DNA from: Candidatus Latescibacterota bacterium
GTDB taxonomy: Bacteria; Latescibacterota; UBA2968; UBA8231
DNA: 64,000 nt
Assembly: GCA_965221775.1 (NCBI GenBank)
Contig: CBDCSU010000006.1
Location: 2,464,001 to 2,528,000, forward strand
Direction of reading: 5' to 3'
The position numbers and the translations under genes are program-made. Positions 54,283-63,499 of the stretch are shown here, piece after piece. A model generated the notes under the pieces. It searched no databases and was not told the origin of the DNA. It saw only the letters and a program-made list of their open reading frames with translations. How positions within the stretch are numbered: position 1 is the first letter of the stretch; every line of letters begins with the position of its first letter.

Positions 54283-55347
54283 TCAGACCGTGCGAAGCAT
54301 TCTGATGCACACCGGGGAAGGGGTCTCGACGCTCTCCCCCGTGTCCTCGAGCCGGCCCGATACGTCGACGCGGAGCCTGGCGATGCGGTCCGTGTGGTGT
54401 CCACCCGAGTAGAGCCAGCGTCCCGAGGGATCGATGGCGAAGTTGCGCGGCGCCGACGGCACCGGCGTGTGGCCGAGGAGGGTGAGCTGTCCGCTGCCGG
54501 CGTCGACGGCGAAGGCGGCGATCGAGTCGTGGCCGCGGTTGGAGCCGTAGAGGAAGCGGCCGTCGGAAGACAGGTGGATGTCGGAGGTGTGCGTCGTCTC
54601 GGCGTAGCCGGCGGGGAGGGTGGTCACCTCCTCGACCTCGATCAGGGAGCCGCCGTCGTCGCCGCGGGCGAAGAGGGTGATCGTGTTGGACATCTCGTTG
54701 ATGACGTAGGCGAAGCGCCGGTTGGGATGGAAGGTCATGTGCCGGGGACCGCCGCCGGGGGTCACCTTGCCCGAGCCGCGGGGGACCAGGCGGCCATTCT
54801 CCAGGTCGAGGGCGTAGACCAGGACCTCGTCGAGGCCGAGGTCGGCGCAGAAGGCGAAGCCGTTGTCGGGATCGACGTTGATCGAGTGGGCGTGCGGCCC
54901 CTGCTGGCGCCCCGGGTCGACGCTCGAGCCCTCGTGCTGATGGAAGTCGGAGATCTCCCCCAGGCTGCCGTCGTCCCGCAAAGGGTGCATGGAGACGCTG
55001 CCGCCGCCGTAGTTGGCGCTGAGGACGTAGCGGCCGCTGTGGTCGACGCTGTTGTGGCACGGCGCCGAGCCGCCCGTGGGCTGCAGGTTGAGGAAGGTGA
55101 GAGCGCCGGAGTCAGCGTCGATGGAGAAGGCGCTCACGGCGCCGCCGCCGTCGAAGTGGGCGACCTCGTTCACGGCGTAGAGGTAGCGGCCGCTCGGGTG
55201 CAGGGCGAGGAAGGAGGGGTTGTCCTCGCACGGGGTGCGGCCGTGGATGCGCAGGGCCCCCGAGTCGGGGTCGGCCTCGCCGTAGTAGATGGCGGCGTCG
55301 TCGCCGCTGGTGTAGTTGCCGATGAAGACGAGAGCCCGGTCAGCCAT
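54283..55347 (-). CDS. pgl: 6-phosphogluconolactonase (lactonase family)
   Basis: IGNYT, NPSFL, ANYGGG, RQQGPHAH, DLGLD, GPRH, SNRGHDSI, PRNF. Confidence 0.88.
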   Translation of the reverse strand: MADRALVFIGNYTSGDDAAIYYGEADPDSGALRIHGRTPCEDNPSFLALHPSGRYLYAVNEVAHFDGGGAVSAFSIDADSGALTFLNLQPTGGSAPCHNSVDHSGRYVLSANYGGGSVSMHPLRDDGSLGEISDFHQHEGSSVDPGRQQGPHAHSINVDPDNGFAFCADLGLDEVLVYALDLENGRLVPRGSGKVTPGGGPRHMTFHPNRRFAYVINEMSNTITLFARGDDGGSLIEVEEVTTLPAGYAETTHTSDIHLSSDGRFLYGSNRGHDSIAAFAVDAGSGQLTLLGHTPVPSAPRNFAIDPSGRWLYSGGHHTDRIARLRVDVSGRLEDTGESVETPSPVCIRMLRTV

Positions 55348-55403
55348 GTGCGGTCACGCGCTCCGGGTGGAGGTCCGTTGCCGTCGTAGAGGGGGAACGG
55401 CGC

Positions 55404-55432
55404 AAGGTACGCACCACCCCCGGTGGCGACAA
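55404..55432 (-). promoter_or_regulatory. Putative promoter of the pgl operon
   Basis: TTGTCG-N17-TACCTT. Confidence 0.45.
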
Positions 55433-55453
55433 GAATCCGGCGCCGGGGGTCAG

Positions 55454-55483
55454 GAGCCGCGGTTCGGCCTCGGATCGCGGCTC
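55454..55483 (-). terminator. 13-bp hairpin at the end of the DUF2961 gene
   Basis: gagccgcggttcg-gcct-cggatcgcggctc; no U-tract. Confidence 0.35.
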
Positions 55484-56528
55484 AGATCACCTCCCGAGCG
55501 TCCGCGCCGGGCAGCTCGGGCAGGGGTGCCGAGGGCAGCGTCTGGTACCAGTAGACGACGGAGGAGATGTCGTCCTGCAGCGCCAGGTAGCGGCCCTCCG
55601 AGCGCCAGCCGAGGGCCTGCATGTGGACCCGCAGGCCGCTCTTGAAGAACACGGGGTCGTGGACGTGGAAGCGGTACAAGGTCATGCGGCAGCCCGGCTC
55701 GCCGGAGGTCTTCACCACCTGCCGGAAGCCGGCGTACGGTCCCGAGAAGTCGCGGCGGTCGAAGCCCCAGGCGCCGCAGAAGTAGTCCTCGGTGCCGGTG
55801 CCGCAGATCGTCGGGTCCTCGCCGTCGCCGTCGAGGAACATCTTGATCTCCCCCTCGCCCCACCAGCCGGCGCTGTTCTGCTGCCAGGCCATGAAGGTGC
55901 CCACGTACTGGCCGCGGCCTCGGATGCCGTCGGCCATGACGTACTCCTGCGCGTAGGGCAGCGGGTTGGTCCGCCGCCACTGGGCGCAGAAGGCGAGGGC
56001 CTCTTCCGGCACCTCCTCCAGCGTGTAGTTGATCGTGTAGAAGAACCCGGGCAGCTCGTTGACGCCGTCGTTCTCCACGGTGATGCGGGCGTGGCGGCGG
56101 AAGGGCATGGGGAAGTAGACGTTCATGCCGCCGTGGGGGTTGACGTTGACCGGCGCGCCGAGCACGTCCTGGCGCTCGTTCCAGGCGTTGCAGCCGAAGT
56201 CGCCGAGGGGCGCTTCCACCGAGGGGTGGTCCTGCCCGTCCCAGTAGATGCGCAGGATGACGGAGCGGTAGAAGGTGTGGCGGAAGGTGAACCATATGTG
56301 GCGGATGACGCCGGGTCCCTCGTGGTCCATCAGGGTGGTCGTGCTGCCGGGGGCCAGCTTCAGGCACGGCCGCACCTTCCAGCCCTTGCCGAGGTCCCGC
56401 GCGGCGCTGTCCGGTCCGGGCTCGGCGCGGGCGCCGCCGCCGACGGCGCCGTCGGGGTTCTCGGCGCTCAGGGAGCGCGACTCGGCGCGCCGGTCGAGGT
56501 AGAGGTTACCCAAGTCGATGGGGAGCAT
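55482..56528 (-). CDS. DUF2961 / GH172-family glycoside hydrolase
   Basis: SRSLSAENPDG, GPGVIRHIW, GWWGEGEIK, TICGTGTEDYF, YRFH..DP. Confidence 0.88.
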   Translation of the reverse strand: MLPIDLGNLYLDRRAESRSLSAENPDGAVGGGARAEPGPDSAARDLGKGWKVRPCLKLAPGSTTTLMDHEGPGVIRHIWFTFRHTFYRSVILRIYWDGQDHPSVEAPLGDFGCNAWNERQDVLGAPVNVNPHGGMNVYFPMPFRRHARITVENDGVNELPGFFYTINYTLEEVPEEALAFCAQWRRTNPLPYAQEYVMADGIRGRGQYVGTFMAWQQNSAGWWGEGEIKMFLDGDGEDPTICGTGTEDYFCGAWGFDRRDFSGPYAGFRQVVKTSGEPGCRMTLYRFHVHDPVFFKSGLRVHMQALGWRSEGRYLALQDDISSVVYWYQTLPSAPLPELPGADAREVI

Positions 56529-56539
56529 GACGCCCTTTC

Positions 56540-57835
56540 TCAGGAAAAGCGGTCGGGGTCGAGGAGGCTCAGGTCGTGGCCGGCCTCCTCGCCGGCCACC
56601 AGCCGCGACACGATGCGCCCGGTCACCGGCCCCAGGGAGAGGCCGATCATGGCGTGCCCCGCGGCGACCACGACGTTGCGCCAGCGCCGCGGCCGGCCGA
56701 GGAGGGCCATGCCGTCGGGGGTGCACGGCCGCAGCCCGCGCCAGACCTCGTGGACGCGGAAGCTCGAAGGGTCCCAGTGGGGGACGTAGCGCGGCACGCC
56801 GCGCATGATGGCGTCGACGCGCCGCTGGTTGATCGACAGGTCCATGCCGGCCAGCTCGAGGGTGCCGGCGAAGCGCAGGCGGTTCCGGCCCATGGGCGTC
56901 ATCGCCACCCGGGCCTCGGTCAGCATGAGGGGCAGCTCCGGCGTGCCCTCCGGCGACTCGACGGTGACCGAGTACCCCTTGGCCGGCTGGATCGGCGCCT
57001 CCACCCCGAGGCCGCGGGCCAGCTCCGGGCTCCAGGAGCCGGCGGCCAGGACCAGCTGCCGGGGGCGGAAGGCGCCGCGCGTCGTCTCCACCGCCTCGAC
57101 GGTGTCGCCCCGGGTCAGCAGCCGCAGCACCTCGGCCCCCTCGACGACGTCCACCCCCTCCTCGGCGGCGCGGCCGGCGAGGCCGCGCACGAAACGCCCG
57201 GGATCCATGTGGGAGTCCTGGGAGTAGAACACGCCGCCCACGCAGCGGACCTCGAAGCCGCCCAGCCGCGCGCCGGCCTCGGCGGCGTCCACGCTCTCCA
57301 CCTCGATGCCGGCGGCGCCCATGTGGCGGGCCTCCTCCTCGGCGGCGGCGAGCCCTTCCGGGGTGTCGCACAGCATGAGCCGGCCGATCTCGCCGTAGCT
57401 GAAGTCGAGGCCGCTGTCGGCGATCTCCCGGAAGAGGCCGCGGCTCTCGAGGTGGAGGTCGCGCAGCACGGGGACCGCCCGGTCAACGCGGGCCTGGGTG
57501 GCGGCGCGGCGGAAGCGCCACAGCCAGCGCAGCAGGTCGCCGTCGAGGCGCGGCTTGATGTAGAAGGGGCTGTCGGGGCTCATCAGGTAGCGCAGCCCGG
57601 CGCGCAGGGCCGCCGGCTCGGCCAGGGGCACGCTGTGGCTGGGCACCACGAGGCCGGCGTTGCCGTGGGAGCTGCCCGAGCAGACGGCGTCCTTGTCGAG
57701 GAGGACGACCTCGGCCCCGGCCCGGCGCAGGAACCAGGCGCTGCAGACGCCGACGGAGCCGGCGCCGACGACGAGGACGTCGACCTCGCGGGGCCGGCCG
57801 AAGGCGGGGGCGGGAGAGGGGGTGCTCGCGCTCAT
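56540..57835 (-). CDS. FAD-dependent D-amino acid dehydrogenase (DadA-like)
   Basis: GAGSVG, SHGNAG, PAKGYS, WRGLRPCTPD, GHAMIG.SLGP.TG. Confidence 0.88.
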   Translation of the reverse strand: MSASTPSPAPAFGRPREVDVLVVGAGSVGVCSAWFLRRAGAEVVLLDKDAVCSGSSHGNAGLVVPSHSVPLAEPAALRAGLRYLMSPDSPFYIKPRLDGDLLRWLWRFRRAATQARVDRAVPVLRDLHLESRGLFREIADSGLDFSYGEIGRLMLCDTPEGLAAAEEEARHMGAAGIEVESVDAAEAGARLGGFEVRCVGGVFYSQDSHMDPGRFVRGLAGRAAEEGVDVVEGAEVLRLLTRGDTVEAVETTRGAFRPRQLVLAAGSWSPELARGLGVEAPIQPAKGYSVTVESPEGTPELPLMLTEARVAMTPMGRNRLRFAGTLELAGMDLSINQRRVDAIMRGVPRYVPHWDPSSFRVHEVWRGLRPCTPDGMALLGRPRRWRNVVVAAGHAMIGLSLGPVTGRIVSRLVAGEEAGHDLSLLDPDRFS

Positions 57836-58107
57836 CGGCGCCGCAGGCCCCGGGTGAAGACCTTGCCGCCGATGAGGAAGGCCGGGCCGCCGCCGGGGCC
57901 GCGCTCGCGGGCGAAGGTCTGGCCGCACCGGGGGCAGCGCAGGTCGCCGGCGGTGAAATCCTCGGCGATGCGCTCGCGGCGGATCTTCACCAGGCCGCCG
58001 CCGCCCCCCTTGCGGTAGCGCAGCAGCCGCGTCCGGCACCCGGCGCAGAAGACCGAGACCGTGCGGGTGTCGGCGGGCACCCGTGCGCGAGCAGGGGCAG
58101 CGCTCAC
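57832..58107 (-). CDS. Small zinc-ribbon protein
   Basis: CAGC...YRKGGGGGLVK...CPRCG..FAR; coupled to both neighbours. Confidence 0.6.
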   Translation of the reverse strand: MSAAPARARVPADTRTVSVFCAGCRTRLLRYRKGGGGGLVKIRRERIAEDFTAGDLRCPRCGQTFARERGPGGGPAFLIGGKVFTRGLRRR

Positions 58108-58502
58108 GAGGAGTGGACCCCGGCCACGCGGCTGGCGAGCCAGGCCGAGGGCACGAAGACGAGAACGCTGAGCACCATGAACCACAGCGGGTGCGGGACC
58201 ACCGCCAGGTAGGAGATGCAGGCGAGCATCATCACGCCGCCCACGAGCAGAGCGGGAAAGGGCCGGCCGGCGATGCGCGCCGCCACCCAGGCGCCGCAGA
58301 ACGTGCCGAGGGCGTAGGCGAGGAGGACCATGAGCAGGGCGCCCACCGGCATCTGGCCGACGATCTCGGCGAAGGCCTCCCGGTCGGCCGGGTCGAGGCC
58401 CTCCGGCGGCGGGTAGAGCTGGTGGCCGAGGGACTGGAACAGGGCGATGCCGCCGAAGGCGACGGCGATCCCCGCGGCGACGGCGAGAAGAGCACGGATC
58501 AT
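58104..58502 (-). CDS. Hypothetical 4-TM membrane protein
   Basis: LYPPPEGLD, PHPLWF, hydrophobic segments. Confidence 0.75.
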   Translation of the reverse strand: MIRALLAVAAGIAVAFGGIALFQSLGHQLYPPPEGLDPADREAFAEIVGQMPVGALLMVLLAYALGTFCGAWVAARIAGRPFPALLVGGVMMLACISYLAVVPHPLWFMVLSVLVFVPSAWLASRVAGVHSS

Positions 58503-58638
58503 GGGGTGGGTCCTCCTGCAAGGGATGGCCAATCTACCTCGCCGCGCTCCGGCCGGGCAAGGATTCCGGGGGGCCGGTTTCCGGTTGCCTGCGTATCTTG
58601 GTGAAACCCCTTTGCCGCACAGAAAGGCGCAACCCCAA

Positions 58639-59742
58639 ATGGCCGACAAGATCCGGGTCGGGGTCCTCTTCGGCGGCCGCTCCGCCGAGCACGAGGTCTC
58701 CGTCACCTCGGCGCGCTCGGTGCTGGAGTCGATCGACCGGGAGAAGTACGAGGTCACCATGATCGGCATCGACCGCGACGGCCGCTGGCTGGCCGCCGGC
58801 GACGCCACGGCCCTGCTCGCCGCGGGCCGGGTGGGGGGCGAGGGCCTCAAGCCCGTGGCCCTCGACTATCCGGGCGGCGATCTGGTCATGCAGAACGGCA
58901 CCGCCGGCACGCAGGCGTTGGACGTCATCTTCCCCATCCTCCACGGCCCCTACGGCGAGGACGGCACCGTGCAGGGCCTGATGGAGCTGGCCGGCGTCGC
59001 CTACGTGGGATCCGGCGTCCTCGGCTCGGCGGTGGGCATGGACAAGGACATGATGAAGCGGGTCTTCCAGGCCGAGGGCTTCGACCAGGTGGAGTACGCC
59101 CCGGTGTTGCGCAGCCGCTGGCGCGCCGAGCCGGAGGCGGTGCGCCGGGAGCTGGAGGAGAGGCTCGGCTACCCGATGTTCGTCAAGCCCGCCAACCTCG
59201 GCTCCAGCGTCGGCATCTCCAGGGCGCGGGATGCCGACGAGCTGACCGCCGGCATGGACGAGGCGGCGCGCTACGACCGCAAGCTCGTCGTCGAGGCCGA
59301 GGCCGCCGACTGCCGCGAGGTGGAGGTCTCGGTCCTCGGGAACGAGGAGCCCCAAGTCTCGGTGACGGGGGAGATCGTGCCCGGCAACGAGTTCTACGAC
59401 TACCGCGCCAAGTACCTCGACGACAACTCGGAACTCATCATCCCGGCGCGCATCGGCCCCGGGACCCAGGAGCGGGTGCGGGACCTGGGGCGGCGGGCCT
59501 TCCTGGCGGTGGAGGCCGCCGGCCTGGCGCGGGTGGACTTCTTCGTCAGCCGCGGCGAGGAGGAGCGCGTCTACGTGAACGAGATCAACACCATGCCCGG
59601 GTTCACCCCCATCAGCATGTACCCCAAGCTGTGGGAGGCCAGCGGCGTCAGCTATGCCGAGCTGATCGACCGCCTGATCCAGCTGGCCCTCGAGCGCCAC
59701 CGCGACCGCCGCGACACCTCCACCGACCGGGGGCTGCCGTGA
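58639..59742 (+). CDS. ddl: D-alanine--D-alanine ligase
   Basis: FGGRSAEHEVS, LHGPYGEDG, KPANLGSSVG, FYDYRAKY, NEINTMPGFT. Confidence 0.96.
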   Translation: MADKIRVGVLFGGRSAEHEVSVTSARSVLESIDREKYEVTMIGIDRDGRWLAAGDATALLAAGRVGGEGLKPVALDYPGGDLVMQNGTAGTQALDVIFPILHGPYGEDGTVQGLMELAGVAYVGSGVLGSAVGMDKDMMKRVFQAEGFDQVEYAPVLRSRWRAEPEAVRRELEERLGYPMFVKPANLGSSVGISRARDADELTAGMDEAARYDRKLVVEAEAADCREVEVSVLGNEEPQVSVTGEIVPGNEFYDYRAKYLDDNSELIIPARIGPGTQERVRDLGRRAFLAVEAAGLARVDFFVSRGEEERVYVNEINTMPGFTPISMYPKLWEASGVSYAELIDRLIQLALERHRDRRDTSTDRGLP

Positions 59743-60563
59743 GCGAGGGTCCCGCGCCCGCGGCGGCGGCGGAGATCCCGGGCCTCTCCGGAGAAGACCC
59801 CGGCTTCTGGACCAAGGGGAAGATCTCCAACGGCTGCTCTCTGTTGCTGCTGCTGGCGGGCCTGGGTCTCTCCGCGGCGGCTGGAGCCCCCGCCTGGCTG
59901 GCGGCGGCCGCTCCCTGGGCGCTGGCGGCCGGGCTCTTCGGGTTTGCCGGCGGCATCACCAACTGGCTGGCGGTGAAGATGCTCTTCGACCGCGTGCCCG
60001 GCCTCTACGGGTCGGGGGTGATCCCCAACCGCTTCCGCGAGATCCGCGCCACCATCAAGACGCTGATCATGACCCACTTCTTCGAGGAGGACTACCTGCG
60101 CCGGTTCTTCGAGGAGCGCGGGTTCGGCGGCCAGGCCCCGCGCCTGGGGGAGGCGATGCGGGCCCTGCTCGACACGGAGGAGGCCGACCGGGCCATCGAG
60201 GCGGAGCTGGAGAGCCTGAAGCAGGGCCCCATGGGCATGATGATCGGCATGGCCGGCCCGGACGCGGTCAAGCTCCTGGCGCGTCAGTTCGTCGGGGCGC
60301 TGATCGACCGTCTGGCCCCCATGGTGGAGGAGCGCCTGCGGGCCGACCCGGCGGCCGGGATCCCGGCCCTGCGGGCGCAGGTCGACGCGCTGCTGGAGGC
60401 CAAGCTCGAGGAGCTGACGCCCGCCGTCGTCAAGGAGATGATGGAGCAGGTCATGCGCCGCCACCTCGGCTGGCTGATCGTCTGGGGAAATGTCTTTGGA
60501 GGTCTGATCGGGCTGCTGTCGAGGGCGGTGGCTGCGGGCTGGGGCCTGCGGGGGGTGCCGTGA
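59739..60563 (+). CDS. DUF445-family membrane protein
   Basis: GGITNWLAVKMLF...GVIP, HLGWLIVWGNVFGGLIG. Confidence 0.8.
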   Translation: MSEGPAPAAAAEIPGLSGEDPGFWTKGKISNGCSLLLLLAGLGLSAAAGAPAWLAAAAPWALAAGLFGFAGGITNWLAVKMLFDRVPGLYGSGVIPNRFREIRATIKTLIMTHFFEEDYLRRFFEERGFGGQAPRLGEAMRALLDTEEADRAIEAELESLKQGPMGMMIGMAGPDAVKLLARQFVGALIDRLAPMVEERLRADPAAGIPALRAQVDALLEAKLEELTPAVVKEMMEQVMRRHLGWLIVWGNVFGGLIGLLSRAVAAGWGLRGVP

Positions 60564-60662
60564 CCTGACGATCTGCGCCCATCCGTAGAGCTGGTGCCAA
60601 CACCCCAGGGCAGAACTGGAATCAGCGCGGTGAGGGCCGGCGACCTGCCCTATTTTATCGAC

Positions 60663-60953
60663 ATGGACACCACCGCCCTGCTCCGCGAGAAGCGCAGTTC
60701 CATACTGGAGGTCGCCAGCCGTCACGGGGCCCGCAACGTCCGGGTTTTCGGCTCGGCCTCCCGGGGGGATGACAGACAGGAGAGCGACATCGACTTCCTG
60801 GTCGATCTTGATCGCGACCGGAGTCTGCTCGACCTGGCCGAACTGGTCGCGGACCTGGGCGATCTGCTCGGCCGGCCGGTGGACATCGCCATCGAGGACA
60901 ACCTGCATCGCCTGCTGAGACAGCGGATTCTCAAGGAGGCGCGGCCTCTGTGA
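60663..60953 (+). CDS. Minimal nucleotidyltransferase (MntA-type antitoxin)
   Basis: VFGSASRG...SDIDFLVD...LGRPVD. Confidence 0.9.
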   Translation: MDTTALLREKRSSILEVASRHGARNVRVFGSASRGDDRQESDIDFLVDLDRDRSLLDLAELVADLGDLLGRPVDIAIEDNLHRLLRQRILKEARPL

Positions 60954-61273
60954 CCAGGGATGCCAAGGTCTACCTCTTGCAGATCCAGGAGGCGGTCAAT
61001 CGCATCAGGCGCTACACCGAGGGCGGCCGGGAGAGTTTCCTGGCGGACTCGATGGTTCAGGACGCAGTCCTGCGCAACCTGGAGGTGATCGGAGAGGCGA
61101 CAAAGCGGATCCCTGACGATTTCCGGAAGGCACATCCCGGTGTACGCTGGCGGGGTATGGCGGGCCTCCAAGACCTTGAACGGGTGTGGGCGGTGATCGA
61201 GAAGGATCTACGCGAGGTCTTTGACCAGCTACTCGCCCTGACAGGTCCCCATACATCCCAAGGCGACGAGTAA
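60950..61273 (+). pseudogene. HepT / DUF86 HEPN toxin lacking the RxxxxHxY catalytic motif
   Basis: DAVLRNLEVIGEA...WRGMAGL-Q-DLERVW; about 10 aa missing where R-x4-H-x-Y normally lies; frame intact. Confidence 0.75.
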
Positions 61274-61289
61274 CGGCGGTCCAGATCGA

Positions 61290-62093
61290 GTGGAACGCTT
61301 CCGCCTCGACGGGCAGGTCGCCGTGGTCATCGGCGGCACCGGGGCTCTCGGCGGCGCCATGGCCCGCGGCCTGGCCGAGGCCGGGGCGGCGGTGGCCGTG
61401 GCCGGACGCGACGAGGGCCGCGGCGGGCGGGTCGTGGCCGACATCGAGGCCGCCGGAGGACAGGCCGCCTTCATTCCCTGCGACGCGGGTTCCCGGGAGC
61501 GGCTGGCCGAGGCGCGGGATCTCGTGCGGGAGCGGCTCGGCGAGCCGGCGGTCCTCGTCAACGCCGCCGGCGGCAATCAGCCCGCCGTCACCCTGAGCGA
61601 GCAGCTCCGCTTCGAGGACGTGGACCTGCAGGCCTGGCGGGACTGCCTCGACCTCAACCTGTCCGCCGGGGTGCTGCTGCCGTGCCAGGTCTTCGGACCG
61701 CCCATGAGGGCCGCCGGCCGCGGCTCGATCGTCAACATCGCATCCATCAGCGCCCACGTGCCCCTGTCGCGGGTGGTGGCCTACTCGGCGGCCAAGGCGG
61801 CCGTCCTCAACCTGACGCGGTTCCTGGCCCGCGAGTGGGCGCCGGCGGTGCGGGTCAACTCGATCACGCCCGGTTTCTTCCCCGGCGAGCAGAACCGCCG
61901 GCTGCTGTTCCGGGAGGACGGGGAGCCCACCGAGCGCGGGCGCCAGATCCTGGAGCACACGCCCATGGGGCGCTTCGGCGATCCGTCGGAACTCGTGGGC
62001 GCGGCGGTCTTCCTGGCCTCCCACGAGGCCAGCTCCTTCGTCACCGGCGCCGACCTGTGCGTCGACGGCGGCTTCCTGAGCATGGCTCTGTAG
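61290..62093 (+). CDS. SDR oxidoreductase (D-mannonate oxidoreductase-like)
   Basis: GGTGALG, NAAGGN, YSAAK, PGFFP.EQNR, VDGG. Confidence 0.88.
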   Translation: MERFRLDGQVAVVIGGTGALGGAMARGLAEAGAAVAVAGRDEGRGGRVVADIEAAGGQAAFIPCDAGSRERLAEARDLVRERLGEPAVLVNAAGGNQPAVTLSEQLRFEDVDLQAWRDCLDLNLSAGVLLPCQVFGPPMRAAGRGSIVNIASISAHVPLSRVVAYSAAKAAVLNLTRFLAREWAPAVRVNSITPGFFPGEQNRRLLFREDGEPTERGRQILEHTPMGRFGDPSELVGAAVFLASHEASSFVTGADLCVDGGFLSMAL

Positions 62094-62124
62094 GCCCGGG
62101 GCGCCGGCCCCGGATGGATCTTCT

Positions 62125-63399
62125 TCAGGTGAAGAGCAGCTTGAAGTAGTACAGGGGGCTGGTCAGTTCCTTCTTCGGCACGGCGTTGGCCATCATGCCG
62201 CAGATGTGCTCGGAGACCTTCGGAGAGCGCGCCCCCTTGCCGATGACGAAGTTGAGCAGCGGCCGCACGCGGCCCATGCGCTGCATCTGGTAGCTCACCT
62301 TCAGCTCGGGGCCGAGGGCCTCCCAGAGGCGGTCCTCGTAGCGGCCCAGGACGGCCGCCGAGGTGTCGCCTTCGTCCACGGCCTCGCGGCAGACCTCGGC
62401 GGCGATGCGGGACGAGTACAGGGCGTTGCCGATGCCCTCGCCGGTGAAGGGGTCGATCAGGCTGGCGGCGTCGCCCAGCAGCAGGAAGCCGTCGCCGTGG
62501 CAGGGGCGCCGGCGGCTGCCCACGGGCAGGTTCCAGCCCACGGGCCGCTCCAACCGCCGGGCCTCGGCGAAGCGCTCGGCGAAGGGCGGCCGGCCGATGA
62601 CCTGCTCCAGGGCGGCCTTCAGGTCGACGCCCCGGCGCTTCATCTCCGAGTGCACCATGCCGATACCGATGTTGGCGCCGCCGTTCTCCAGGGGGAAGAT
62701 CCAGAAGTACCCGGGCCGGACCTCGTCGACGAAGTGCAGCTCGATCTCGTCGGTGGTGCCGGTCACGCCCTCGTAGTAGCAGCGCAGGGCGACCACCCAG
62801 TGCGGGGGATCGTGGGCATAGAGGCCGGCGCGTCTGGCGACGATGGAATTGAAGCCGTCGCAGCCGAGGACGACGCGGGCCGTCAGGGTCTCCTCGGGGC
62901 CGCGGTGGCCGTTGCCGTTGCCTGAGCCCCCGGTCCGATGGCCGCGCACGCCGACGACGCGGCCATCGTTGCTGCGCACCAGGTCCTTGACGGCGAATCC
63001 CTCCCGCACCTCGATGCCCCGGGCGCGGGCCTCGCGCACCAGGAAGTGGTCGAAGACGCGGCGGCGGATCACGTAGCCGCGCAGCGGCAGCTCGCGGCCG
63101 GTGAGGGGGTCGTGGTGGCGGCGGTCGCGCAGGTCGACGCTGAGGCCGACGTGCTCGGGGCTGGCCATGAGGACGCGGTTGATCTCGCTGCCCTCCAGGG
63201 CCGCCGTGCCCTCCAGGAGTCCCAGCTCGTCGAGGACGGAGAGGGCCTTCCCGGACAGCGCGTCGCCGCAGATCTTGTCGCGCGGGAAGGTGTCGCGGTC
63301 GACGACGATCGAGGTCAGGCCCTGGCGGGCGGCGTACATGGCGGCGGCGGTCCCCGCCGGGCCGGCGCCGACGATGAGCAGGTCGCAGTCAGCTTGCAT
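62125..63399 (-). CDS. Geranylgeranyl reductase-family flavoprotein
   Basis: GAGPAG, FPRDKICGD, GYFWIFP, GDAASLIDPFTGEGI. Confidence 0.88.
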   Translation of the reverse strand: MQADCDLLIVGAGPAGTAAAMYAARQGLTSIVVDRDTFPRDKICGDALSGKALSVLDELGLLEGTAALEGSEINRVLMASPEHVGLSVDLRDRRHHDPLTGRELPLRGYVIRRRVFDHFLVREARARGIEVREGFAVKDLVRSNDGRVVGVRGHRTGGSGNGNGHRGPEETLTARVVLGCDGFNSIVARRAGLYAHDPPHWVVALRCYYEGVTGTTDEIELHFVDEVRPGYFWIFPLENGGANIGIGMVHSEMKRRGVDLKAALEQVIGRPPFAERFAEARRLERPVGWNLPVGSRRRPCHGDGFLLLGDAASLIDPFTGEGIGNALYSSRIAAEVCREAVDEGDTSAAVLGRYEDRLWEALGPELKVSYQMQRMGRVRPLLNFVIGKGARSPKVSEHICGMMANAVPKKELTSPLYYFKLLFT

Positions 63400-63446
63400 G
63401 GCGGCAGGAAGATACGGGCGCCGCCGGGGACCGGCCAAAGGCCGCC

Positions 63447-63474
63447 TTGCCCCGGCCGGGGGCGGCCGTAGATT
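63447..63474 (+). promoter_or_regulatory. Putative htpG promoter
   Basis: TTGCCC-N16-TAGATT. Confidence 0.4.
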
Positions 63475-63499
63475 CTCACGTTTCCCAAAGGAACGGACG

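Noticed and set aside
60624-60633. AGCGCGGTGA found upstream of both mntA and vapB
   Set aside because: A 10-bp GC-rich match is expected by chance, and the two TA families are unrelated
60570-61289. 7-bp inverted repeat (cgatctg/cagatcg) around the TA module as IS ends
   Set aside because: Too short; no target duplication or transposase
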